Assembly: GCF_001457615.1 (NCBI RefSeq)
Contig: NZ_LN831024.1
Coordinates: 1,140,001 to 1,172,000 of the forward strand
Origin: Pseudomonas aeruginosa
Lineage (GTDB): Bacteria > Pseudomonadota > Gammaproteobacteria > Pseudomonadales > Pseudomonadaceae
DNA: 32,000 nt
Reading direction: 5' to 3'
Both the position numbers and the translations under genes were made by a program. Below are positions 10,000-21,104 of the stretch, in pieces. Position 1 is the first letter of the stretch. The number at the start of each line of letters is the position of its first letter. The notes under the pieces were generated by a model. It was not told the DNA's origin and ran no database searches. It saw nothing but the letters and a program-made list of their open reading frames with translations.

Positions 10000-11541
10000 A
10001 TGAAAATTCGTTCGCAAGTCGGCATGGTGCTGAACCTCGACAAGTGCATTGGTTGCCACACCTGCTCGATCACCTGCAAGAACGTCTGGACCAGCCGCGA
10101 AGGCATGGAGTACGCCTGGTTCAACAACGTCGAGACCAAGCCCGGGATCGGCTACCCGAAGGAATGGGAAAACCAGGAGAAGTGGAAGGGCGGCTGGGTG
10201 CGCGCGGCAGACGGTTCGATCCGCCCGCGCATCGGCGGCAAGTTCCGCGTGCTGGCGAACATCTTCGCCAACCCGGACCTGCCCGAGATCGACGACTACT
10301 ACGAACCGTTCGACTTCGACTACCAGCACCTGCATACCGCGCCCAAGGCCGAGCACCAGCCGGTGGCGCGCCCGCGCTCGCTGGTCTCCGGGCAGCGCAT
10401 GGAGAAGATCGAGTGGGGCCCGAACTGGGAGGAGATCCTCGGCACCGAGTTCGCCAAGCGGCGCAAGGACAAGAACTTCGACCAGGTCCAGGCGGACATC
10501 TACGGTGAGTACGAGAACACCTTCATGATGTACCTGCCGCGCCTCTGCGAGCACTGCCTGAACCCGGCGTGCGTGGCGTCCTGCCCGAGCGGGGCGATCT
10601 ACAAGCGCGAGGAGGACGGCATCGTCCTGATCGACCAGGACAAGTGCCGCGGCTGGCGGATGTGCATCTCCGGCTGCCCGTACAAGAAGATCTACTTCAA
10701 CTGGAAGAGCGGCAAGTCCGAGAAGTGCATCTTCTGCTACCCGCGCATCGAGGCCGGCCAGCCCACCGTCTGCTCGGAGACCTGCGTCGGGCGCATCCGC
10801 TACCTCGGCGTGCTGCTCTACGACGCCGACCGTATCCACGAAGTGGCCAGTTGCGAGAACGAGCGCGAGCTGTACGAGAAGCAACTGGAGATCTTCCTCG
10901 ATCCGTTCGACCCGGCGGTGATCGCCCAGGCGCGCAAGGATGGGGTGGCCGACAGCGTCATCGAGGCGGCGCAGAAGTCGCCGGTGTACAAGCTGGCGAT
11001 GGACTGGAAGCTGGCCCTGCCGCTGCACCCGGAATACCGCACGCTGCCGATGGTCTGGTACGTGCCGCCGCTGTCGCCGATCCAGAACGCCGCCGCCGAG
11101 GGGCACATCGGCAGCGACGGGGTGATCCCGGACGTCGAGTCGCTGCGCATCCCCGTGCAGTACCTGGCCAACCTGCTCACCGCCGGCGACACCGCGCCGG
11201 TGCTGCTGGCGCTCAAGCGCCTGCTGGCGATGCGCGCCTACAAGCGCGCCGAGCACGTCGAAGGCCGCCAGGACCTGGAGGTGCTGGCCAAGGTCGGGTT
11301 GAGCGTGGAGCAGGTGGAGGAGATGTACCGCTACCTGGCCATCGCCAACTACGAGGATCGCTTCGTGATCCCCAGCGCGCACCGCGAGGAAGCGCTTTCC
11401 GATGCCTTCGCCGAGCGTTCCGGCTGTGGCTTCAGCTTCGGCAACGGCTGTTCCGGCGGCAGCAACTCCGCCGTCAACCTGTTCGGCGGCAAGCCGACCA
11501 ACCGCCGCGACGTGATCCAGGTCGTGCAGATCCAGGAGTGA
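10000..11541 (+). CDS. narH: Respiratory nitrate reductase beta subunit NarH (Fe-S)
   Basis: 513 aa from ATG 10000 (MKIRSQVGMVLNLDKCIGCHTCSITCKN); four Cys clusters including CEHCLNPACVASCPSGAIYKR and CRGWRMCISGCPYKK. Confidence 0.97.
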   Translation: MKIRSQVGMVLNLDKCIGCHTCSITCKNVWTSREGMEYAWFNNVETKPGIGYPKEWENQEKWKGGWVRAADGSIRPRIGGKFRVLANIFANPDLPEIDDYYEPFDFDYQHLHTAPKAEHQPVARPRSLVSGQRMEKIEWGPNWEEILGTEFAKRRKDKNFDQVQADIYGEYENTFMMYLPRLCEHCLNPACVASCPSGAIYKREEDGIVLIDQDKCRGWRMCISGCPYKKIYFNWKSGKSEKCIFCYPRIEAGQPTVCSETCVGRIRYLGVLLYDADRIHEVASCENERELYEKQLEIFLDPFDPAVIAQARKDGVADSVIEAAQKSPVYKLAMDWKLALPLHPEYRTLPMVWYVPPLSPIQNAAAEGHIGSDGVIPDVESLRIPVQYLANLLTAGDTAPVLLALKRLLAMRAYKRAEHVEGRQDLEVLAKVGLSVEQVEEMYRYLAIANYEDRFVIPSAHREEALSDAFAERSGCGFSFGNGCSGGSNSAVNLFGGKPTNRRDVIQVVQIQE

Positions 11542-11546
11542 GCGCC

Positions 11547-12287
11547 ATGAACGATCACAGCCAACTGTTCCGCCTGCTCGCCCTGCTACTCGACTATCCA
11601 CGCGCCGAGCTGCGCGAGGAGAGCCTCGGCCTGCATGCGCTGATCCGCACCTGCGAACTGCCGGAAGCGCTGCGCGACGGCCTCGCGGCGCTGCTCAACG
11701 AGCTCTGCCAGGGCGACCTGCTGGACGTCCAGGCGCGCTACGACGGTCTCTTCGAGCGCGGCCGCTCGGTCTCGCTGCTGCTCTTCGAGCACGTCCACGG
11801 CGAGAGCCGCGACCGTGGCCAGGCGATGGTCGACCTGCTCGACCGCTATACCGGGGCCGGCCTGCAGATCGACGTACCGGAGCTGCCGGACTACCTGCCG
11901 CTGTACCTCGAATACCTGTCGCTGCTGCCGTTCGCGGCGGCCAGCGAAGGGCTCGCCGAAGTGGCGCACATCCTCGGCCTGCTGGCGCTGCGCCTGGAGG
12001 AACGCGGCAGCGCCTACGCGGCGATTTTCGAGGCGTTGCTGGAACTCGGCGGCGAGCGCCCGGACCTCGGCGCGTTGCGTCGCGACCAGGCCCAGGAACA
12101 GCGCGACGACAGCCTGGAGGCCATCGACCGGGCCTGGGAGGAAACCCCGGTGAGCTTCACCGACCCCGCCGGCGGTTGCCCGTCGAGCAGCGGCCGCCGT
12201 CCAACGGCGTCCACCGAACAACCATTGCAATGGGTCGCCCAGCCGGTACCGCAGATGCAGTACCGCGCGGCCCGCGAAGGAGTCTGA
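11547..12287 (+). CDS. narJ: Nitrate reductase molybdenum cofactor assembly chaperone NarJ
   Basis: 246 aa from ATG 11547 ([30 protein letters not shown]); position between narH and narI; [12 protein letters not shown] motif. Confidence 0.95.
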   Translation: MNDHSQLFRLLALLLDYPRAELREESLGLHALIRTCELPEALRDGLAALLNELCQGDLLDVQARYDGLFERGRSVSLLLFEHVHGESRDRGQAMVDLLDRYTGAGLQIDVPELPDYLPLYLEYLSLLPFAAASEGLAEVAHILGLLALRLEERGSAYAAIFEALLELGGERPDLGALRRDQAQEQRDDSLEAIDRAWEETPVSFTDPAGGCPSSSGRRPTASTEQPLQWVAQPVPQMQYRAAREGV

Positions 12288-12289
12288 GC

Positions 12290-12973
12290 ATGTCGACCAA
12301 TCTTCTGTTCTTCGGGATCTATCCCTATGTCGCGCTGCTGATCTGCCTGGTCGGCAGCTGGGCGCGCTTCGACCTCTCGCAGTACACCTGGAAGGCCGGT
12401 TCCAGCCAGATGCTCAGCAAGAAGGGCATGCGGGTATACAGCAACCTATTCCACGTCGGCGTGCTGTTCATCCTCGCCGGCCACTTCGTCGGCCTGCTGA
12501 CCCCGGCCTCGGTCTACCACCACCTGATCAGCACCGAGAACAAGCAACTGCTGGCGATGGTCTCCGGCGGCTTCTTCGGCGTGCTCTGCTTCATCGGCCT
12601 GAGCGGACTGATCCTGCGCCGCCTGACCGACGCACGGGTGCGCGCCACCGGCAACGCCTCCGACCTGATGATCCTGCTGGTGCTCTACGCCCAGCTGATC
12701 CTCGGCCTCTCCACCATCGTCGCCTCGACCCATCACATGGATGGCTCGGTGATGGTGATGCTCGCCGACTGGGCCCAGGCCATCGTCACCCTGCGTCCGC
12801 TGGCGGCGGCCGAGGCCATCGCGCCGGTGGGCCTGGTCTACAAGCTGCACGTCGGCCTGGGCCTTACCCTGTTCGTGCTGTTCCCCTTCACCCGCCTGGT
12901 TCACATCGTCAGCGCGCCGGTGTGGTACCTGGGCCGGCGCTACCAGATCGTGCGTCAGAAACGTCCTGCCTGA
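12290..12973 (+). CDS. narI: Respiratory nitrate reductase gamma subunit NarI (cytochrome b)
   Basis: 227 aa from ATG 12290 ([27 protein letters not shown]); multi-TM with heme-b His residues. Confidence 0.96.
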   Translation: MSTNLLFFGIYPYVALLICLVGSWARFDLSQYTWKAGSSQMLSKKGMRVYSNLFHVGVLFILAGHFVGLLTPASVYHHLISTENKQLLAMVSGGFFGVLCFIGLSGLILRRLTDARVRATGNASDLMILLVLYAQLILGLSTIVASTHHMDGSVMVMLADWAQAIVTLRPLAAAEAIAPVGLVYKLHVGLGLTLFVLFPFTRLVHIVSAPVWYLGRRYQIVRQKRPA

Positions 12974-12981
12974 ACCCTGGG

Positions 12982-13004
12982 CGGCCGGCGCATCCGGCGC
13001 CGGC
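12982..13004. other. GC-rich intercistronic hairpin GGCCGGCGC-N5-GCGCCGGCC
   Basis: Perfect 9-bp inverted repeat between narI and the PPIase gene; no T-tract. Confidence 0.6.
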
Positions 13005-13027
13005 CCGCCGAACCGAGGTGATCGATC

Positions 13028-13846
13028 ATGAGTTGCTCCCACTACGAAGAACGCGTCGAGAAGGTCGAACTGCCGCAACTGAAGGTCAACGGCGTGGCCA
13101 TCGGCGAAGACCTGCTGGCCCGCGAGCTGCAATACCACCCGGCGGACAGCTACGCGCTGGCGCTGGAGGCCGCCTGCCGTGCGCTGATCGTCCGCCAGTT
13201 GCTCCTGCAACGGGCCGACGCGCTGGGCATCGAGGCCCGCTGCGAAGACGGCGAGACGCCGGAGGAAGCGCGCATCCGCCAATTGCTGGAGGAAGAGGTG
13301 CAGGTCCCGGAAGCCGACGAAGACGCCTGCCGGACCTGGTACGCGGCCAATCCGGGACGCCTGCTCGGCCCCTGGCGCCTGCAATTGCGCCATGTGCTGC
13401 TGGCCTGCGCGCCGGACGACCTGGAGGGCCGCGAGACGGCGCGCAAGCAGGCTGCGGAGCTGCTCGACGAATTGCGCGGGCATCCCGAGCGCTTCGTCGA
13501 CCTGGCCCGGCGTTTTTCCGCCTGCCCGTCGAAGGAGTCGGGTGGCGACCTTGGCTGGATCGAGCCGGGGCAGACCGTCCCCGAATTCGAGAAGCGCCTG
13601 CTGCGCCGCGCGCCCGGGCTGCTCGAGCATCCGCTGGAAAGCCGCTATGGCCTGCATGTGGTGGAACTGCTGGCGCGCGAAGGCGGCGAGCCGCTCGACT
13701 TCGACGCGGCCCGCGCGCAAATCGCCGCGCACCTGCAAGCGCAGGTGTTGCAGCGAGCGGTGGGACAGTACATCGGCGTGCTGGCGGGAGACGCCTGTAT
13801 CGAGGGCTTCGCCTTCGAGGGTGCGGATGGGGCGCTGGTGCAATAG
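13028..13846 (+). CDS. PpiC/parvulin-type peptidyl-prolyl cis-trans isomerase, NifM-like
   Basis: 272 aa; C-terminal parvulin features ([38 protein letters not shown]...[13 protein letters not shown]). Confidence 0.88.
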   Translation: MSCSHYEERVEKVELPQLKVNGVAIGEDLLARELQYHPADSYALALEAACRALIVRQLLLQRADALGIEARCEDGETPEEARIRQLLEEEVQVPEADEDACRTWYAANPGRLLGPWRLQLRHVLLACAPDDLEGRETARKQAAELLDELRGHPERFVDLARRFSACPSKESGGDLGWIEPGQTVPEFEKRLLRRAPGLLEHPLESRYGLHVVELLAREGGEPLDFDAARAQIAAHLQAQVLQRAVGQYIGVLAGDACIEGFAFEGADGALVQ

Positions 13847-13902
13847 CCTTCGGTGCCGATGTTTCCCTCTCCCTCCCGCACATCAATCGGAGTACCCAGG
13901 AC

Positions 13903-14892
13903 ATGACCGACTGGATCGATGGCCAAGGCCGACAGATCGACTACCTGCGCCTGTCGGTCACCGACCGTTGCGACTTCCGCTGTGTCTACTGCATGGCCGA
14001 GGACATGCGCTTCCTGCCGCGCCAGCAGGTGCTGACCCTGGAGGAGATCGAGCGGGTCGCCCGGCTGTTCGTCGCCGGCGGTGTGCGCAAGCTGCGCCTG
14101 ACCGGCGGCGAGCCGCTGGTGCGGCCCGGCATCGTCGGCCTGTGCGAGCGCCTGGCGGCACTGCCGGGGTTGCGCGAACTGTGCATGACCAGCAACGGCT
14201 CGCAACTGGTGCGCTACGCCGGGCCGTTGTACGACGCCGGCCTGTCGCGTCTCAACATCAGCCTCGATACCCTCGATCCGCTGCGCTTCCGGGCGATCAC
14301 CCGCAACGGCGAGCTGGACAAGGTGCTGGCCGGCATCGACGCCGCCCAGGCCGCCGGTTTCCGCCGGATCAAGCTGAACGCGGTGGTGATGAAGGGGCGC
14401 AACGCCGATGAGGTGCCGGCGCTGGTGGACTTCGCCATCGCCCGCGGCCTGGATATCAGCTTCATCGAGGAGATGCCACTTGGCCAGGTCGGCCGCGAAC
14501 GTGGCGAGAGCTTCTGCTCCAGCGACGAAGTACGCGCGCTGATCGCCCAGCGCCACGCCTTGCTCGACAGCGCCGAGCAGAGCGGCGGGCCGGCGCGCTA
14601 CGTGCGCCTGGTCGAGCATCCGCAGATACGCATCGGCTTCATCTCGCCGCACTCGCACAACTTCTGCGCCACCTGCAACCGCCTGCGCCTGACCGTCGAG
14701 GGCCGCCTGCTGCTGTGCCTCGGCCACGAGCATTCGCTCGACCTGCGCGCGCTGCTGCGCCGCCACCCGCTGCACGACGGGCCGTTGCTGGAAGCGATCG
14801 GCGAGGCGCTCCAGCGCAAGCCGGCGCGCCATGAATTCAGCGCCGCCGGCGAGGTGCAGGTGCTGCGCTTCATGAACATGAGCGGCGGCTGA
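13903..14892 (+). CDS. moaA: GTP 3',8-cyclase MoaA (radical SAM, molybdenum cofactor biosynthesis)
   Basis: 329 aa from ATG 13903; radical-SAM CxxxCxxC motif [20 protein letters not shown]-terminal Fe-S region [20 protein letters not shown]. Confidence 0.96.
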   Translation: MTDWIDGQGRQIDYLRLSVTDRCDFRCVYCMAEDMRFLPRQQVLTLEEIERVARLFVAGGVRKLRLTGGEPLVRPGIVGLCERLAALPGLRELCMTSNGSQLVRYAGPLYDAGLSRLNISLDTLDPLRFRAITRNGELDKVLAGIDAAQAAGFRRIKLNAVVMKGRNADEVPALVDFAIARGLDISFIEEMPLGQVGRERGESFCSSDEVRALIAQRHALLDSAEQSGGPARYVRLVEHPQIRIGFISPHSHNFCATCNRLRLTVEGRLLLCLGHEHSLDLRALLRRHPLHDGPLLEAIGEALQRKPARHEFSAAGEVQVLRFMNMSGG

Positions 14893-15214
14893 GGCGACTC
14901 GGGGCGCCTCCAGCGGGCCTTCGCCAGCGGCCAGGGCGAGGCCGCTCTTCTGGTAGGCCAGCAGGGTCTCGTCGCCGGTCTCGCTGCTGTACAGCTCGCC
15001 CCCGGAAAACATCACGGCATAACCGTCGCAGGAACTGCGTGCGATCACCTAGCTGCGCCGCGCGTCCGGGTGGCCGGGCATGTCCAGCCCGGCCTAGTCC
15101 CGTACGTCGCTCAGGCACCCTTCGGTACTCGCGCTCGGCGCCGACCTGGGCGCGCTAGCTGGCGGAGCGCGGCTTGCGACGGGTAGCGAAGCCTCTCAAG
15201 GGCGTTGACGAAAC

Positions 15215-15250
15215 GAAAAAATCCCCGCGGCATGAGCGTGACGCGGGGAT
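15215..15250 (-). terminator. Orphan Rho-independent terminator-like hairpin reading on the minus strand
   Basis: ATCCCCGCG (15221-15229) / CGCGGGGAT (15242-15250) perfect 9-bp stem flanked by AAAAAA on the left, i.e. a T-tract on the minus strand. No obvious minus-strand gene directly upstream. Confidence 0.65.
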
Positions 15251-15420
15251 CCAGGCGTAAATAGAGCCTTAACCGTGATAGCTGAAATGGAGCAAGGGGT
15301 GATGTCTGCGTAGCGGAACACCTCGCGGGGTGGCTGTGTATGGCTCAAGACTAAGTCCCGCGGGCCGGCGGGCCTATTCCTCGAAGGAGGTAAGGAGGGG
15401 TAGCGGAGGAGGGACGGCGA

Positions 15421-15463
15421 TTGACGATGTATACTTTTTGGTCCAGATTGGACGAAAAGTATA
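15421..15463 (+). promoter_or_regulatory. Promoter/operator region of the binding-protein gene: TTGACG -35, N17, CAGATT -10, overlapped by GTCCAGATTGGAC inside outer TATACTTTT/AAAAGTATA arms
   Basis: Nested inverted repeats read directly; inner 13-mer 15441-15453, outer 9-bp perfect arms 15430-15438 and 15455-15463. Confidence 0.7.
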
Positions 15464-15529
15464 AAGACGGATCACCGTCTGTTTCCCGCCCGGGCCGCGG
15501 GCGCACCTTCGTCACCCCTGGAGTCGTCC

Positions 15530-16321
15530 ATGATCAAGTCGCTGAACACCAAGAACCTGCTGGGAGGCCTGCTGCTCGGCGTGCTCGCCAGCGGATCCGC
15601 CGTCGCCGCCGATGGCAACCTGCGAATCGGCATCGAGGCCGCTTACCCGCCGTTTTCCTTCAAGACCGCCGAAGGCGAACTGGCCGGCTTCGACTACGAC
15701 ATCGGCAACGCGCTGTGCGCGCAGATGCAGGTGAAGTGCCAGTGGATCGAGCAGGAGTACGACGGCCTGATTCCCTCGCTGAAAGTTCGCAAGATAGACG
15801 CCGCGCTGTCCTCCATCACCATCACCGAGGAGCGCCGGCGCTCGGTGGACTTCACCCACAAGTACTACTTCACGCCGGGCCGCCTGGTGATGAAGGAAGG
15901 CGCCCAGCTCGACGACAGCTTCAGCCAGTTGGCCGGCAAGCGCATCGGCGTGCAGCGCGGCGCTACCGCCGACCGCTTCGCCAGTGCGGTGCTGGCCAAG
16001 GCCGGTGCCGAAGTGGTGCGCTACACCAGCCAGGACGAGATCTACCTGGACCTGGTGGCCGGCCGCCTCGACGCCACCTTCGCCGACTCCATCCCGCTGC
16101 AGACCGGCTTCCTCGATACCCCGCGCGGCAAGGGCTACGCCTTCGTCGGGCCGGAGTTCAAGGACCCGAAATACTTCGGCGAGGGCGCCGGGATCGCGGT
16201 GCGCAAGGGGGACGCCGAGCTGGTCGGCAAGCTCAACGCGGCGATCGACGCGATTCGTGCCGACGGGACCTACAAGCGCATCGAGGGCAAGTACTTCAAG
16301 AGCGACATCTACGGCGACTGA
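15530..16321 (+). CDS. Periplasmic basic amino-acid (Lys/Arg/Orn-type) ABC transporter substrate-binding protein
   Basis: 263 aa; signal peptide [27 protein letters not shown], then [36 protein letters not shown]; SBP_bac_3 type. Confidence 0.93.
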   Translation: MIKSLNTKNLLGGLLLGVLASGSAVAADGNLRIGIEAAYPPFSFKTAEGELAGFDYDIGNALCAQMQVKCQWIEQEYDGLIPSLKVRKIDAALSSITITEERRRSVDFTHKYYFTPGRLVMKEGAQLDDSFSQLAGKRIGVQRGATADRFASAVLAKAGAEVVRYTSQDEIYLDLVAGRLDATFADSIPLQTGFLDTPRGKGYAFVGPEFKDPKYFGEGAGIAVRKGDAELVGKLNAAIDAIRADGTYKRIEGKYFKSDIYGD

Positions 16322-16344
16322 CCGCTCGCCGGCGGCGGCTGCCG

Positions 16345-16977
16345 TCAGTCGCCGCCTTCCTTCAGCTCCTTGAGGTGCTTGTAGACCGTCGCCCGGCCCA
16401 TGTTCAGCACGTTGGCCACATAGTTGGCGGCGCTCTTGCCCTTGAACGCGCCCTCGGCGTGCAGGGCCAGGACCAGTTCGCGCTTGTGCTCGCGGGTCAG
16501 CAGGTTCAAGCCGAGCTGGCGCTGCCGCAGCCAGCCGTGCAGGAAGGTGTTGATGCGCTCCTGCCAGTCGTCGCGGAACAGCGCGTCCGGTTGCGGGATC
16601 AGCTTGCTCGGCGAGAGGAACAGGTCGAGCGCCGCCTTGGCGCTCTCGAACAGGCTGATATTCAGGTTGATGCACAGCACCGCCAGCGGCTGGCCGGCGG
16701 CGTCGCGCAGCACGGTGCTGACCGAGCGGATCTTCTGCCCGTCCCAGTTGAGCTTCTCGTAGGGACCGATGTTGCGCTCGTCGCTATCGCCTTCGAGCAT
16801 GTCTTCCAGCGCCGAGTCGTCGCCGACCTCGCGCTTGGACAGGTTGTTGGCGATGTAGTCGACCCGCTGGCTGCGCAGGTCGTGCAGGACCACTTCGGCG
16901 TGGGGGAAGAACAGGGTGGCGATGCCGTCGGCGATCGCCCGGTAGTTCTCCAGGCTGGGGTCTTGGCTCGGGCTCAT
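16345..16977 (-). CDS. dauR: YheO-like PAS/HTH transcriptional regulator, candidate DauR
   Basis: 210 aa from ATG at 16977 (MSPSQDPSLENYRAIADGIATLFFPHAEVVLHDLRSQRVDYIANNLSKREVGDDS...); C-terminal HTH GKSAANYVANVLNMGRATVYKHLKEL; downstream of dauA. Confidence 0.88.
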   Translation of the reverse strand: MSPSQDPSLENYRAIADGIATLFFPHAEVVLHDLRSQRVDYIANNLSKREVGDDSALEDMLEGDSDERNIGPYEKLNWDGQKIRSVSTVLRDAAGQPLAVLCINLNISLFESAKAALDLFLSPSKLIPQPDALFRDDWQERINTFLHGWLRQRQLGLNLLTREHKRELVLALHAEGAFKGKSAANYVANVLNMGRATVYKHLKELKEGGD

Positions 16978-17039
16978 GCGCAGGAACTCTCGTGGGACGG
17001 CGGGCGAGGCGAGTGTGCCGCAAACCCGCCGCCGGGTCA

Positions 17040-19137
<2,098 letters not shown>

Positions 19138-19147
19138 GCGATCTCCG

Positions 19148-19179
19148 GAATGGATGTAAACAATTTGTCCATTCTGGAC
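19148..19179 (-). promoter_or_regulatory. dauB promoter/operator region: GTCCAGAATGGAC (minus strand, 19167-19179) overlapping a putative -10, plus partner arm GAATGGA at 19148-19154
   Basis: Perfect GTCCA-N3-TGGAC palindrome; minus-strand TTGCCC-N17-CAGAAT suggests -35/-10; GAATGGA/TCCATTC forms a second overlapping inverted repeat. Confidence 0.65.
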
Positions 19180-19250
19180 TTTAAGGTATTGCCGGGCAAG
19201 CGCCGACCCGCCTCGATGACCGACGGCGGCACCTGCGTGTCGCAGAAACG

Positions 19251-19283
19251 AAAAAGGCGAAGCCGGATGGCTTCGCCTTTTTT
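19251..19283. terminator. Bidirectional-looking Rho-independent terminator between rhlB and dauB
   Basis: AAAAAGGCGAAGCC-GGAT-GGCTTCGCCTTTTTT, perfect stem with A/T tracts on both sides. Confidence 0.9.
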
Positions 19284-19297
19284 CTCCACGCCTGCGT

Positions 19298-20821
19298 TCA
19301 GTGCTTACGCGGTACCGGCTTGAGCAGTTCGGCCGGCGGCATCTCGCAGGTGATCTTGCGGCCCAGCAGTTCTTCGATCGGCGGCAGGGCGAAGGCATCG
19401 TCCTCGCCGGCGAAGCTGATCGAGGTGCCCGAGGCGCCGGCGCGGCCGGTACGACCGATACGGTGCACGTAGTCGTCCGGGTCCTCCGGCAGGGTGAAGT
19501 TGATCACATGGCTGATGCCGTCGATGTGGATGCCGCGGCCGGCCACGTCGGTTGCCACCAGGACGCGGATCTTGCCTTCGCGGAAGCCTTCCAGGGTGCG
19601 GATGCGCTTGTGCTGCGGCACGTCGCCGGACATCTGGGCGGCGCTGATGCCGTCCTTGGTCAGGCGTTCCTCGATGCGGCGGACTTCGTCCTTGCGGTTG
19701 GCGAAGACCATCACCCGTTCCCAGTTGTTCTGTGCCACCAGGTTGTACAGCAGCTTGTACTTGTCGCTGCCGGCCACGGCGTAGACATGCTGCTCGACGG
19801 TGTCGCTGGCGACGTTCTCCGGCTCGATCTCGACGATCGCCGGATCGACGGTCCACTGCTTGGCGAGGTTCATCACGTCGTCGGTGAAGGTCGCCGAGAA
19901 CAGCAGGGTCTGGCGTTCGCCCTTGTGCGGGGTCTGCCGGATGATCTGCCGGACCTGCGGGATGAAGCCCATGTCGAGCATGCGGTCGGCTTCGTCGAGG
20001 ACCATCACCTCGACCATGTCCAGGTGCACCTCGCCGCGCTGGTTGAAGTCCAGCAGACGGCCTGGGGTGGCTACCAGGATGTCGCAGAAGCGCGCTTCCA
20101 GCTGCTTGAGTTGCTTGTCGAAGTCCATGCCGCCGACGAAGGTCATCACGTTCAGCCCGGTGTACTTGGTCAGCGCCGCGGCGTCCTTGGCGATCTGTAC
20201 CACCAGTTCGCGGGTCGGGGCGATGATCAGCGCGCGCGGCTCGCCCATGTAGCGCTCTTTCGGCGGCGGGGTCTGCAGCAACTGGGTGATGATCGAGATG
20301 AGGAACGCGGCGGTCTTGCCGGTGCCGGTCTGGGCGCGGCCGATAGCGTCCTGGCCGCGCAGGGTGAAGCCCAGTACCTGCGCCTGGATCGGGGTGCAGT
20401 AGGGGAAGCCGAGGTCATGGATGGCGTGCATCAGGCTCGGGGCGAGGTTGAAGTCGTGGAAGCGGGTCTTGCCTTCCTGCGGTTCGACCACGAAGTCTTC
20501 CAGCTTCCAGTTGTCCACCGGCTTCGGCTTGCGTTCGCGGCGCGGCTTGTCGCTGCGCGGCTTGGCGTCCCGGCCTTCTTTGCCGGCGGGTTTGGCGGGC
20601 TTTTCGCCTTTCTCGGCCTTTTCAGCGGCGCGCGGGGCGCCGGACTCGTTGTCGGCGCGCGGGGGGCGCGGTTTGCGTGGGCGTTTCTCGGTCGGCTTTT
20701 CGCCGGTGGGGGCGGTACCTTTCGCGGTAGCGCCGGCAGGGCCTTGCGGGACCGGGGAGGAACCGCTCTGCGGCTGGGTTCCGTCGGCCTTGCCGAAGAT
20801 TTTCTTGAGTGCTTTGAGCAC
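19298..20821 (-). CDS. rhlB: DEAD-box ATP-dependent RNA helicase, RhlB type
   Basis: Q-motif and GAxxGxGKT ([12 protein letters not shown]), [30 protein letters not shown]. Start is uncertain: GTG 20821 ([11 protein letters not shown]) preferred, ATG 20869 possible. Has a Lys/Arg/Pro-rich N-terminal extension. Confidence 0.88.
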
Positions 20822-21104
20822 GGCGATCTCGTAGTGGTTAAGGAATGAACGGGCGCCAGTGTAAAGCATGTTGCCAGCGGGGAGAAATCCATGCTTGGCC
20901 GGCGCCCTCCAGCCCTGGCCGGACGGGGCCTGGAGGGGGCTGCGCGAAGCGCCCGGGGCAGCCTTCGGGAGGACTCGTGCGCGCGACCGGCGGCGCGCTA
21001 CAAAAAGACAACGGTAGGGCGACGACGGGGGTGGCATCTTCGGGACGGTGCCGGAGCGATCCGGCGAGTGTCCACCCACTCACCAACGGAAGAACAAGAA
21101 AACC

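Noticed and set aside
10569-12287. 572 aa plus ORF spanning narH and narJ
   Set aside because: The part before 11547 is an out-of-frame reading of narH; only the C-terminal NarJ part is real.
12446-13843. 465 aa minus-strand ORF across narI and the PPIase gene
   Set aside because: Shadow ORF produced by GC-rich third positions.
12922-13902. N-terminal 327 aa of the ORF ending in moaA
   Set aside because: Out-of-frame Arg/Ala/Pro-rich reading of the PPIase gene; real MoaA begins at 13903.
19301-20848. 515 aa plus-strand ORF antisense to rhlB
   Set aside because: No plausible domain content; the opposite strand has all DEAD-box motifs.
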